Of a stretch of DNA of 64,000 nt, positions 9,791-18,550 are shown piece by piece. This stretch comes from an uncultured Candidatus Rokubacteria bacterium (GTDB taxonomy: Bacteria; Methylomirabilota; Methylomirabilia; Rokubacteriales; DASRDR01). The stretch lies in the NCBI GenBank assembly GCA_963826115.1, contig CAWGVS010000001.1:44643-108642 (forward strand). The letters are read 5' to 3'. The notes beneath the pieces are model-generated. The model did no database searches. It worked only from the letters and a program-made list of their open reading frames with translations, and was not told where the DNA came from. Position 1 is the first letter of the stretch. Each line of letters begins with the position of its first letter. The position numbers and the translations under genes are program-made.

Positions 9791-10189
9791 TTGCTTGTCG
9801 CCCCACTTCGCCTGCGCGTACGGACCGTCGAAGCGGTTCTCGTACAGGTCCGGCCCATCCAGGCGGAGGTCGCCCGCCACGCCGATCCGCATCTCAGCCG
9901 CGCCGTCTACGAGTGGCGTGACGCGTATGGCCTGGCTCTTCGGTCGAGGGACTGGGAGGCGATGGCGGCCGTCGGCGACGCCGCCGTGCGGGTCAGCGTC
10001 CTGATGGACGGGCCAGCGGGTCAGGCCACCGGCTTCCGGGCGGAGGCGCGGCGGGCCTACATCCACGCGCTGCTCCGGGCTCGGCGCGAGCGATCGCGGG
10101 AAGGCGTCAACCGGATCGCCGACGGGTTCGCCACGCTGGGGGACGCCGAAATGGCCGCGCACGCCCGCACCCTCGGAACGACGCAGTGA
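9791..10189 (+). CDS. Hypothetical helical protein (start uncertain)
   Basis: WRDAYGLALRSRDWEAMAAVGDAA...AYIHALLRARRE...ADGFATLGD resembles a family I recall as expanded in Rokubacteria. Confidence 0.5.
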   Translation: MLVAPLRLRVRTVEAVLVQVRPIQAEVARHADPHLSRAVYEWRDAYGLALRSRDWEAMAAVGDAAVRVSVLMDGPAGQATGFRAEARRAYIHALLRARRERSREGVNRIADGFATLGDAEMAAHARTLGTTQ

Positions 10190-10246
10190 TTCGCCCGCCC
10201 GCGCGGCGACCGCCGGCGGCCGCGGGGCGCGGGTGGCGCGGGTGCC

Positions 10247-10882
10247 TCAGCGGCCGGGAGCCGGCACCACGGCGGAGGTCGGTCCCGGACGGCCGGTCCA
10301 GTCCGCGAGCAGCCTGCGAATGACCAGCTGGATCAGGGCGAAGCCGAACTTCGGGTCCTGGTAGTAGAGCTGCACGACCTTGTCCTCCGTGAGGACGAGC
10401 GCCACGACGTCCGTCTCGCAGATCGCGCTGGCCGTTCGCTCGTGAGCCGGCGCGAAGAGGCCGATCTCGCCGATGATGGCGCCTGCCTCCTGGACGAGGA
10501 CGTCGATCTCCGGCAGCCGGACCGACCCCCGGGCCAGGAGATAGAGGCAGGTTGCCCGGTCCCCCCGCCGGAAGAGAACCTGGCCCGCCTTGAAGGCGCG
10601 CCTCGTCAGGAAGGGAACCATGGGCTCGAAGGAAAACCCCCCGGCGGCGGCGTGCTTGATGTCCCTGATCAGATGACGGAGCTCCTGCAGGCGCTTGACG
10701 TTGAGGGGCAGCAGGACCAGGTGGAGGACGAGCACCGGGTAAATTTCACCGAGAAATCCGTACGTGATGAACGCGACGTTGCTCGCGATGGCGCAGACCC
10801 GTAGAGGCAGCATGGTCTTCATGTAGAACGTGGAGAGCACGAGAATCGACGCGACATAGCCGACCACTTCGAGCCAGCTCAT
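10247..10882 (-). CDS. Membrane protein with C-terminal cyclic-nucleotide-binding domain
   Basis: Three N-terminal TM segments (MLPLR..AIASN), then LFRRGD, GSV, IIGEIGLF, RTASA. Confidence 0.85.
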   Translation of the reverse strand: MSWLEVVGYVASILVLSTFYMKTMLPLRVCAIASNVAFITYGFLGEIYPVLVLHLVLLPLNVKRLQELRHLIRDIKHAAAGGFSFEPMVPFLTRRAFKAGQVLFRRGDRATCLYLLARGSVRLPEIDVLVQEAGAIIGEIGLFAPAHERTASAICETDVVALVLTEDKVVQLYYQDPKFGFALIQLVIRRLLADWTGRPGPTSAVVPAPGR

Positions 10883-11299
10883 GGGTTTGCCTCCCGTCGA
10901 GCGGGCCTTCCATGTGTACGGCGCGACACGTTGTCGCGAGCCCGCCCGCCTGCCCGATCTGCCGGAGCAAGTCGGATGCCCGGCTCGGTCACGGCATGTG
11001 TCTGATTCGAAAGACTGGCCACTTTGCGCGCGTGGACTCCGGGCGCCTCACCACCACCACACCACCACCGTCGGGATCCAGACCGGCGGCCGGGCTCCGG
11101 CGCCGCGTCCCGGACACCTCGCCCTCGTCGCCGGCACGCCGTCAGGTCTGCGACACGTGAGGAGCGGCGGTCCAAGGGGTGCTCGCCGGCCGTCGCGGGA
11201 CCCCGGGCAGGGCGGCGGACGCCACGGCGCCGCGACGGGGACGTCGCCGAGCGACCGGCCCCGGGGTACGATACCCGCGCGGAACGCGATGGAGGCGCC

Positions 11300-11590
11300 A
11301 TGACCCGGATCGAATTCGAAGCGGACTGTCGTCGGGACGGCTACGAGGTGGGCGAGGGCGAGATCCAAGCGCACGTGCGCCGGCAGCCACACTCGCACGA
11401 CTTCGACGCGCGCCTGTTCGTCGTGGACGGCGCCCTCACCCTCGTCCGCGGCGAGGATCGCGTCACGTACGGACCGGGCGAGGTGTGCGCCGTTCCCGCC
11501 GGCACCGTGCACGCGGAGCACACGGAGGCGGACGGCGCGCGCCTCGTCTACGGGCGCCGCGCCGGCGCCCCCGCGCATCCGCCGCGCTGA
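11300..11590 (+). CDS. Cupin-domain protein
   Basis: HSHDFD...YGPGE...VPAGTVHAE; RBS GGAGG. Confidence 0.85.
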   Translation: MTRIEFEADCRRDGYEVGEGEIQAHVRRQPHSHDFDARLFVVDGALTLVRGEDRVTYGPGEVCAVPAGTVHAEHTEADGARLVYGRRAGAPAHPPR

Positions 11591-11609
11591 CAGGATCGCG
11601 CCGCCGAGC

Positions 11610-11865
11610 CTACGGTCCCTTCGTCCCGCGGGCAGGAGCGCCGCGCGATCCGACTCGGATTCCGTGCTCGTACGCGGCCAGAACGGCGGACGCCGCCGGG
11701 TCCCACGAGAGCTCGTGGGCCTTGCGGCGAGCCTGCTCGCCCATCCGACGCCACCCGGCTCCGATCGCGCCGGCCGGAGGAGCGCCTCGGCGAGCCGGTC
11801 GGGATCTCAGACCGGCATCAGGCCATTCTCGCCGTCCGTCACGACCTGACCGCCGCCCGGCCACG
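11610..11865 (-). pseudogene. GT4 glycosyltransferase C-terminal remnant
   Basis: QVVTDGENGLMPV*DPDRLAEALL / RMGEQARRKAHELSWD..ASAVLAAYE split across frames. Confidence 0.6.
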
Positions 11866-12660
11866 TCACTCCGGCGGCCAGGCCCTCGCCGCCGGGCCGG
11901 CGCGGGCGCGGGCGCGACCGAGGCGACGCAGCCGTAGGCCGGCGATCTGCCCGAGCGTCGGCCATTCGAAGTACGCCGGCGCGATGCCTCCATTGTGCGG
12001 GCAGGGTGCCGGATACCGCTTCTCGGCTTCGACGACCCGCGTGAGCCACGCCAACAAGCGTCCGCCTTCGCGCTTCTTCTCCACGAGGGCGTCATGCAGC
12101 GATCGACCGGTCAGCCGCACGACGCCCTGCGCGAGCACCGCGCCAGCGTCGACCTTGGGCTCCATCACGTGGATCGTGGCGCAGCCCCACTCCTCGCCGC
12201 AGTACATCTCCCAGAACGTCCCGAAGACGCCGCGGTAGCGCGGCAGGCGGCCGTTGTGCACGTTGATGGCTCCGAACGCCGCCGTGGCCAGGACCGGCGG
12301 CTTGAAGATCTCCGGCGAGCCCACCGATACCAGGAGATCCGGCCGGCTGGCGCGAAGCTCCGCCAGGCCGTCACCTTCGTTCAACGTCGACACGCGCTGG
12401 AACTGCCCGGCGCCCGGAAAGACACGGCTCGGCTGGGTCGACAGCGTCGCCCGGAGACGTCGCCCGCCGGTCCAGGCCCGCGCCGAGGTGATGGGACCAA
12501 AGAGCAGCAGGGCCTCGAGGATCCGCCGCGCGACTCCGGGCTGCCGCCGAGAGGCGATGAAGAAGACCGTGGCGGGCGCGGGCCCGCCGGCCGCATGATA
12601 GGCGCGCCAGAAGACGGCGGCCAGGGGATCATCGGCCGTCGTGGCGATCACGACTCGCAT
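11866..12660 (-). CDS. Formyltransferase-family protein
   Basis: PDLLVS, INVHNGRLPRYRG, TIHVMEPKVDAG. Confidence 0.85.
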   Translation of the reverse strand: MRVVIATTADDPLAAVFWRAYHAAGGPAPATVFFIASRRQPGVARRILEALLLFGPITSARAWTGGRRLRATLSTQPSRVFPGAGQFQRVSTLNEGDGLAELRASRPDLLVSVGSPEIFKPPVLATAAFGAINVHNGRLPRYRGVFGTFWEMYCGEEWGCATIHVMEPKVDAGAVLAQGVVRLTGRSLHDALVEKKREGGRLLAWLTRVVEAEKRYPAPCPHNGGIAPAYFEWPTLGQIAGLRLRRLGRARARAGPAARAWPPE

Positions 12661-12917
12661 GTCGCGCGTCACCCTCCGCCGCGCGCGCCGGAGAGCCCGC
12701 GTCCGGCGCCATGCTGGACCGAATGCCGGAACGGCGCGCGCGTCTGGAGCGCGGCCGGCGGGGTCAGTCGAGGCGCCGCGCCGGCGTGCTGGACGCGACG
12801 CCCGTCCGCCGCGGGGGACCATGTCAGCATGGTGTCGAGCAGGAAACGATGCGAGGGTCGTCGCGTCAAGACCCCAGCCGAACATCCGAGAAGCTGCTTG
12901 GTCAAGATGGAGGGCTC

Positions 12918-13319
12918 ATGAAACGTGCATGGATGGCGGTAGGCGCCTCGCTTCTGGCGCTCGCGCTGAGTCTGGGCGCCGCGTCGGCCGACTGGAAGAC
13001 GAAGGCGGCCAGGACGACGGTGGGCAACCTCGCCCGGGATGGCATCGAGCACGGGGCGAAGGACGCCGCGATGGACGCCGCGCTCGACGCGGCCGGCGTT
13101 CCGGATCCGCCGAAACTGGACCGCGACCGGCCCGCCGCGGCGCGGAATCGGGTCGACGATGCCAGGGACGACCGAGATCGATCGGGAATCGGGTCGGCGG
13201 CCGGAGAAGGTCTCGGGGCAGCAATGACCGTGGCCGACGTGGGATCGAGCATCGAGAACACGATGGCCCTGGCCGACGCCACCAAGAGAGCCAATAGGGT
13301 TCGCAAGGCCGTCAGATGA
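12918..13319 (+). CDS. Secreted hypothetical protein
   Basis: Signal peptide MKRAWMAVGASLLALALSLGAASA; RBS GGAGG. Confidence 0.65.
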   Translation: MKRAWMAVGASLLALALSLGAASADWKTKAARTTVGNLARDGIEHGAKDAAMDAALDAAGVPDPPKLDRDRPAAARNRVDDARDDRDRSGIGSAAGEGLGAAMTVADVGSSIENTMALADATKRANRVRKAVR

Positions 13320-13333
13320 GAGGAGGCGGAATC

Positions 13334-13756
13334 GTGAGTAGTCGGGTGCACACGGACACGTCGGGGAAGCTCGCGGCGGGCCTCTTGCTCGCCTGCGTCA
13401 TGTCGGTCGCGGCCCACGCCCAGCCGGCAACTCAGCCGGCGAAGACCGCGCAGCAGACGCCGCCCGCCAAGACGGCCGTCAAGTACAAGACCGAGGATGT
13501 TCTGCCGGTCACCTGCGCGCAGGCGCGGGTTCAGTCCGGCAAGGGCTATCCGGGCATGCTCGCGATCGTGCGGACGCTCGCCAAGGTCTCGCTGGGGAAC
13601 CGGAACCTGACGTTCCCCAACACGCGCGAAGCGGGCATGGACGCCGGCAGGGGGATCGCCGAGGACTGCAAGGCCGACCCGAACGGGCTGCTGTTCGCCT
13701 TCGTCGACAAGCACGTTCGTCGCGTCGCCGAGGCAGCCGCTCGCTCGGGCCAGTAG
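13334..13756 (+). CDS. Secreted two-Cys protein, HdeA/HdeB-like
   Basis: Signal peptide ending AHA; VTC...EDCKADP spacing; AGGAGG RBS before GTG. Confidence 0.55.
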   Translation: MSSRVHTDTSGKLAAGLLLACVMSVAAHAQPATQPAKTAQQTPPAKTAVKYKTEDVLPVTCAQARVQSGKGYPGMLAIVRTLAKVSLGNRNLTFPNTREAGMDAGRGIAEDCKADPNGLLFAFVDKHVRRVAEAAARSGQ

Positions 13757-14052
13757 CGGCCGTCGTCGCTTCCGAGGAGCCCGCGACCGCTAGAACACGA
13801 GCACGTAGACTCCGCCGTTGGCGTGGGACCATCCCGCGCCATCGAAGAGCTTGGTCAGAACCCCCACCTGACTTGGCGTCGCCCCCGCGAAGCTCACCCC
13901 GACATTGACGCCTCCGGTCTTGGCCGCCGTGTTGGGGTCGACCGGCGTGACCTGGAAGAAGCGCTGCCGCACGGGAAATCCGAACTCGATGGTGCGATCG
14001 CCCAAGCCATGAGTGGTCACGGTGACGCGGCACGGTGCAGTGTAGGCGTCAG

Positions 14053-14130
14053 GTCCTCGTCACGGCACTCGGGATCAACCTCCTGGGCGACGGTCTCCGA
14101 GACACTCTCGACCCGCGGCTCAAGGTCTAG
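14053..14130 (+). pseudogene. ABC peptide permease (DppC-type) C-terminal scrap
   Basis: Translates VLVTALGINLLGDGLRDTLDPRLKV*. Confidence 0.7.
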
Positions 14131-14385
14131 CCTCCGGCCCGCTGCCCGGGCCGCGCGGTTCTGGCGAGCGGAACCGAGCTCCTCCAACCCCGCTTGTAAA
14201 CGCCGGACGAGATCGCCCGGCTCGTCGACGCGGCCAATGACCGTCTCCGGGCCCGAGGTCCGGAGATCGCCGCCGAGCCGGAACGGGGGTGGACCACACT
14301 CCAGTAGGTCCGCCACCGCCCCCACGCGTCGCAGCGGCTCCGCACCGGGCAGTCCTGGCAATGCCAGCCGACGCGCGGCCGCACG

Positions 14386-14462
14386 CAGCCGCAACCAGCA
14401 ACAAAAACGGGGTTACAGCGTGCGCTGTAACCCGTGATCTGCTCGGTTGCGGGGGGGCGCTT
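14386..14462 (+). repeat. Hairpin plus tRNA-fMet 3'-end (att-like) remnant; near-identical to 54728-54805
   Basis: caacaaaaacggggttacagcg..cgctgtaaccc..ggttgcggggg in both places. Confidence 0.75.
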
Positions 14463-14567
14463 CGGATGGTGGGCGAACCGCTGGTATTCCGGCTAGTGCT
14501 CGACCTAGCACCGCTGCCACGCCACCGGAAGAATGCAACCGGGCATACCCCCAAGAACCGCGGCTAA

Positions 14568-14650
14568 GCCGTGATCACGCTTTCGCCACCTATTCAGTAA
14601 CTTGCACATGGGATAGCTCCGAAGCAACGCAGGGCTCACACTTCACAGTC
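14568..14650 (+). repeat. Degenerate copy of the tRNA-Glu-associated ~120 bp repeat; shares ~45 bp with 16858-16907
   Basis: gatcacgctttcgcca also at 31410; cctatt(c)cagtaacttgcacatg..tagctccgaagcaacg.agggc on both sides of the AOR gene. Confidence 0.65.
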
Positions 14651-14808
14651 CTTCGCGCGATCGGACGCGAGTTCAGCAACCGGGCTCAAACGGCGCTTTC
14701 AGCCTTGAGAGGGCGGAACGACCACTACGATGGCTGACTGACGAGACGGTTGCCACCCGCGGTTGCCACGGAGCCCTTGAGTGGGAAGCTTCTCACCCTA
14801 TTTCGATG

Positions 14809-16542
14809 TCAGGAGCCTCCGAGCGCTTGAACTGGCAGGCGCTCGTAGATCGAGTGGACGTCCGTCCCGTGGAATCGGGCGACGTGATTGGTCGGCGGCA
14901 GGGCCTCCTCGTAGAAGAACTGCGGCAGCTCGTCGTCGCGCGCCGTGAAACCTGCCTGCCGATTGAACTCGTGCTCGAGGCGGAGCGTCTCCCGGCCCAG
15001 GGCCTCGAAGAACTCCTTGGTCAGGCTCGTCGCGTGGGCCGCGTTGATGGTGGTCGCCAGAAACTCCGTATTGGGGTTGGTGACGCTCTGGCCGAAGATG
15101 CAGAGCCCGAGCGAGTCGTTGGCGGCCACGCGCGTCTGCTGGAGGAGGCTCTGGCTCAGGAGCGCGTCGAGGTCCATCTCACGCGTCTTGAGACGCGGCA
15201 GGTTGCCGGCCGTATGGTCGGCGCCCTGGGCTGTCACCATCATGGTGATGCCGGTGGCCTCCACCACACGGGGGTCGTAGGCGCTGATGGCCTGGCGCTT
15301 GATGACGGGCGTCCGCCGCACGTTGTAGTGGGCCCCCACGCGTGCCGTACCCTGGGCCCAGATGCGCCCCTTCTCCGTTCCCCGGGCGATGTCGCCGAGA
15401 ACGTCGGCCATGAATTTCGCGTCTCCGAAGGCGCCGAGGCCCGCCTCCATCAAGACGGCCAGCGTCGCGCCCGTTTCGATCGTGTCGACACCCAGGTCGT
15501 TGCAGATGAAGTTGAGCTGGGCGAGGTCGTCGGGCTCGGTGAGACCGCAGTTCGAGCCGAGGAGCCCCAGGGTCTCGTACTCGACCGGCGAGACGACTTC
15601 CTTGCCGCTCGCGTCGTGGTACACGTTGCTGCACTGGATGACGCAGCCGGGCATGCACGCGTGGGTCTGCTCGCCGCCGCGAGACGTGTTGAGGGGGCCG
15701 ATGTGGTCGGCGCCCAGCTTGAACGTCTCGCCGGCAGCGGTGTCCGCGAGCCGCCCGGCGCTGAAGTTCCGGACCGGCAAACCGCCCATGTGATTCTGGA
15801 CGTCGGCCATGCCCATGGTCCCGAGCTTTGCGTAAAAGTTCTCCACGATGCTATCGGCCTGCAGCATCTTGGCGTAGTCTTTGATCGCAGCGGTGACCTT
15901 CCGGCTGTCGTGGAACGGCGGGATCCGGTCGAGGTCGAGCACGATGGCCTTGACCCGCTTGGTGCCCATCACCGCGCCGACGCCGCCGCGCGCTGCGAGG
16001 CGCGACGGACGGCGATCCTTGTCGCTGAAGGTGATGCCGGCGATCAGGCCCCCGTACTCACCCACCGGGCCGCACAGCCCGAGGGCGACCTTCTTGCCGT
16101 AGCGGGCATGCAGCATCTCGGCGGCGTGGAAGTTCCCCTTGCCGAGGTACGGCGCGGCGTCGTCGAAGTCGAGGCCACCGTCCTTGCGGAAGTGGAGGAC
16201 CACCCAGTCTGGCGCCGCGCCGGAGAGCGTGAAGCCGGAGATGCCGAGCTGACCTAGTCCGTAGCTGAAGGTCCCGCCGCCGTTCGCCTCCTTGATGCCG
16301 CCCGTCAAGGGGCTCTTGCAGCCGACGCTGGTCCGGTTCGCGTTGGAGAACGACGTCCCCGCAAACGGGCCCGCCGAGAAGATGAGCGGGTTCGCGGGTG
16401 AGAGTGGGTCGACCTTCGCCGTGCCCCGCTCGAGGAGGGTCCGGGCGATGAGGTAGCGGCCCGCTCTGACGATCTCCTCCCCTTGCAGCTCCCTCTTCGT
16501 GACGGTGCGACTGGTCAGATCGATCTCGTAGTACGTGCGCAT
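14809..16542 (-). CDS. Aldehyde:ferredoxin oxidoreductase (W/Mo AOR family)
   Basis: KSPLTGGIKEANGGG, AARGGVGAVMGTKRVKA, CMPGCVIQC, EYET, CNDLGVDTI. Confidence 0.92.
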   Translation of the reverse strand: MRTYYEIDLTSRTVTKRELQGEEIVRAGRYLIARTLLERGTAKVDPLSPANPLIFSAGPFAGTSFSNANRTSVGCKSPLTGGIKEANGGGTFSYGLGQLGISGFTLSGAAPDWVVLHFRKDGGLDFDDAAPYLGKGNFHAAEMLHARYGKKVALGLCGPVGEYGGLIAGITFSDKDRRPSRLAARGGVGAVMGTKRVKAIVLDLDRIPPFHDSRKVTAAIKDYAKMLQADSIVENFYAKLGTMGMADVQNHMGGLPVRNFSAGRLADTAAGETFKLGADHIGPLNTSRGGEQTHACMPGCVIQCSNVYHDASGKEVVSPVEYETLGLLGSNCGLTEPDDLAQLNFICNDLGVDTIETGATLAVLMEAGLGAFGDAKFMADVLGDIARGTEKGRIWAQGTARVGAHYNVRRTPVIKRQAISAYDPRVVEATGITMMVTAQGADHTAGNLPRLKTREMDLDALLSQSLLQQTRVAANDSLGLCIFGQSVTNPNTEFLATTINAAHATSLTKEFFEALGRETLRLEHEFNRQAGFTARDDELPQFFYEEALPPTNHVARFHGTDVHSIYERLPVQALGGS

Positions 16543-16583
16543 CGAACCTCCCTCATCACTCTGACGGGTGTGCGTCGGATCGC

Positions 16584-16832
16584 TCATTCACGGCTGGCCT
16601 GCGGCGGGCATGAGCCCAGAGCCCACCGCTCCCGTGGGACGCCGCTCCCCGACATCGTACCAGGACACGCGGCCCGGGAGGTAATCAGGGAGGCGAGCTG
16701 GACCATGAGCCGCAGCCACACATCGAGCAGCGCATCCTCGATGACCTCATCGAACGCCCAGTTGTCGAAGATCTCGATCAGCGCGGGATCCGTAACCCTC
16801 AGGGTCGACGGGTGGTCGAAGAAGAAGCGCAT
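16584..16832 (-). pseudogene. Carboxymuconolactone decarboxylase-family N-terminal remnant
   Basis: TDPALIEIFDNWAFDEV...RLMVQLASLI, then the similarity breaks off. Confidence 0.55.
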
Positions 16833-17128
16833 CGTGGTTGCGCTGCCGCGTGGCTAATCCTATTCCAGTAACTTGCACATGCGGTAGCTCCGAAGCAACG
16901 TAGGGCAAGCGGCCCTAGGGTCCTCGCTGAGCCTGCCCCTCTAGCCGGCCGTCCGCACCCGTCCCCGCACAATTCCCGCACAACGGCATTCGCGGTGTCG
17001 GAGCATCCAGCGCGCGTTGTCCGGCAGGCGCCCGAGTGGGCAGAGGGACTGCAGGGACCACAGGATATCAAGAGCATCGGCAATGCCCAACAGACGCCAC
17101 GGGTCTCCCGCCGGTGCCGTCTCGCCGG

Positions 17129-17791
17129 CTACAACATGTTGATGGCGCGCGATGCGACGATGATGATCGTAATGAGCGCGATCGTGCTTTGAAGCATCAT
17201 CAGCATCTTGGCGCGAGGCGTCAGCGGCAGAGCATCGGTGGCGCTGAATGCCGTCGCCGTCGAGTATGCCAGGAACAGGTAGTCGAGGTACCTGGGCTCC
17301 CAGCCCGGCGACGCGTCCTCGGGTGCTCCCGCTTGCGGAAAGAGCCAGTCCGGCTTCAGGCTCAGGTTGTTCGCCCGAGCGAGCGAGCCGCCTCGATCGA
17401 GTTGCCAGTACAGCAACGAGAACGCGAGCACATTGACCACCCACAGCCCGATGGATGCAGCGAGAAGCGCGAGCCCGGTGATCTCCTTCGATTTGTACAC
17501 GATCTCCGCGACTATGCGGCCCAGGCTCGCCAGGAGTCCGACCTCCACGACTCCGAAGAACAGAAAGGCCGTCGTCCTCTCGATGCGCAGCCACCGCGCC
17601 TTTGACGAGCTCAGCGCGACGGCAGCCATCGGGCCAAGCATTGCAAGCGTGACGATGTAGGGAAACCACGCTGGCAACAGCGACAGGCGGGGGTGCAGCG
17701 ACGCGATCAGGAAGAGCACGGCGACGATCGCGAGCGCAGGGGGCCAGCGCGGCTCGATCCGCGGCTCCTGGCCGGGTCCCACCGGGCTCAT
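17129..17791 (-). CDS. DUF1345-family membrane protein
   Basis: EPRWP, YWQLDRGG, PDWLFPQ, DYLFLAYSTATAFSATD.LPLT..AKMLM. Confidence 0.8.
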   Translation of the reverse strand: MSPVGPGQEPRIEPRWPPALAIVAVLFLIASLHPRLSLLPAWFPYIVTLAMLGPMAAVALSSSKARWLRIERTTAFLFFGVVEVGLLASLGRIVAEIVYKSKEITGLALLAASIGLWVVNVLAFSLLYWQLDRGGSLARANNLSLKPDWLFPQAGAPEDASPGWEPRYLDYLFLAYSTATAFSATDALPLTPRAKMLMMLQSTIALITIIIVASRAINML

Positions 17792-18151
17792 CTGGGGCGC
17801 CTCGCTCTCGTCATCGCCGCACGAACTCCCGCGTGTCGCCGGACGGGCCGAGCCCGCGGCCGATCTGGACCGCGATCCCCCCAGGACCACCGAGCGTCAT
17901 ACGGGGCCCGCCGCGGCGTCCACCTCCCGATGCTCGCGAGCGCATCGTCGTCTGCGACAGCCGCCGCATCGACACGCTCATCGTCCTCCCCGCTGTGCTC
18001 TGTCGCACTTCGTGTGGGTGGGTCTCCATCGGGCGCGGACGGTCCAAGCACGCTGGCTGCGATCCAAGGTCCCGCGACGCGCCGGGCGATCCGGGCCCAC
18101 TGGGCGCGGAGGGAGACCACAGCCGCGAGCCCGACCAGAAGGCATGTTCCG

Positions 18152-18508
18152 CTACGTCGTCGTCTCCTTGTCCGATGCCCGAGTCAACAGCGCCGTCATG
18201 ATCGCGTGCAGGCCGACCGCCGGCCACAGGAGGACGCCGGTCGACCCGCCCACGAAACCCACATAGGCGAGATACAGCGTGATGGCCGCGCTGTACGTCA
18301 GCATGCCGATCCGCGGCGGACCGGGCCAGCAGGCGATCCCCAGAGCGATCAGGGCGATGCCGGTCACGCGCGCCACCACCATGGCCATGCCGGTCAACTC
18401 GGCGCCGAACAGCACTTGCCCCACCATCGACGGAGCGAGCAGCAACACCGCTCCCGTCGCGGCTTCACTGACAGCAGCAAGCCCCAACACCGTCTTCAAC
18501 CCGTCCAT
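18152..18508 (-). CDS. Small 4-TM membrane protein downstream of the sulfatase
   Basis: Hydrophobic ORF: EAATG...LGIACW...GMLTYSA...LLWPAVGLH. Confidence 0.7.
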   Translation of the reverse strand: MDGLKTVLGLAAVSEAATGAVLLLAPSMVGQVLFGAELTGMAMVVARVTGIALIALGIACWPGPPRIGMLTYSAAITLYLAYVGFVGGSTGVLLWPAVGLHAIMTALLTRASDKETTT

Positions 18509-18550
18509 CTCGTGCCTTCGCGAGCTCCGGTCCGAAATGGCCGAACGCCG

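Noticed and set aside
13790-14020. 76-aa minus-strand ORF
   Set aside because: Probably a 3' scrap of an unknown gene; no RBS or recognisable family.
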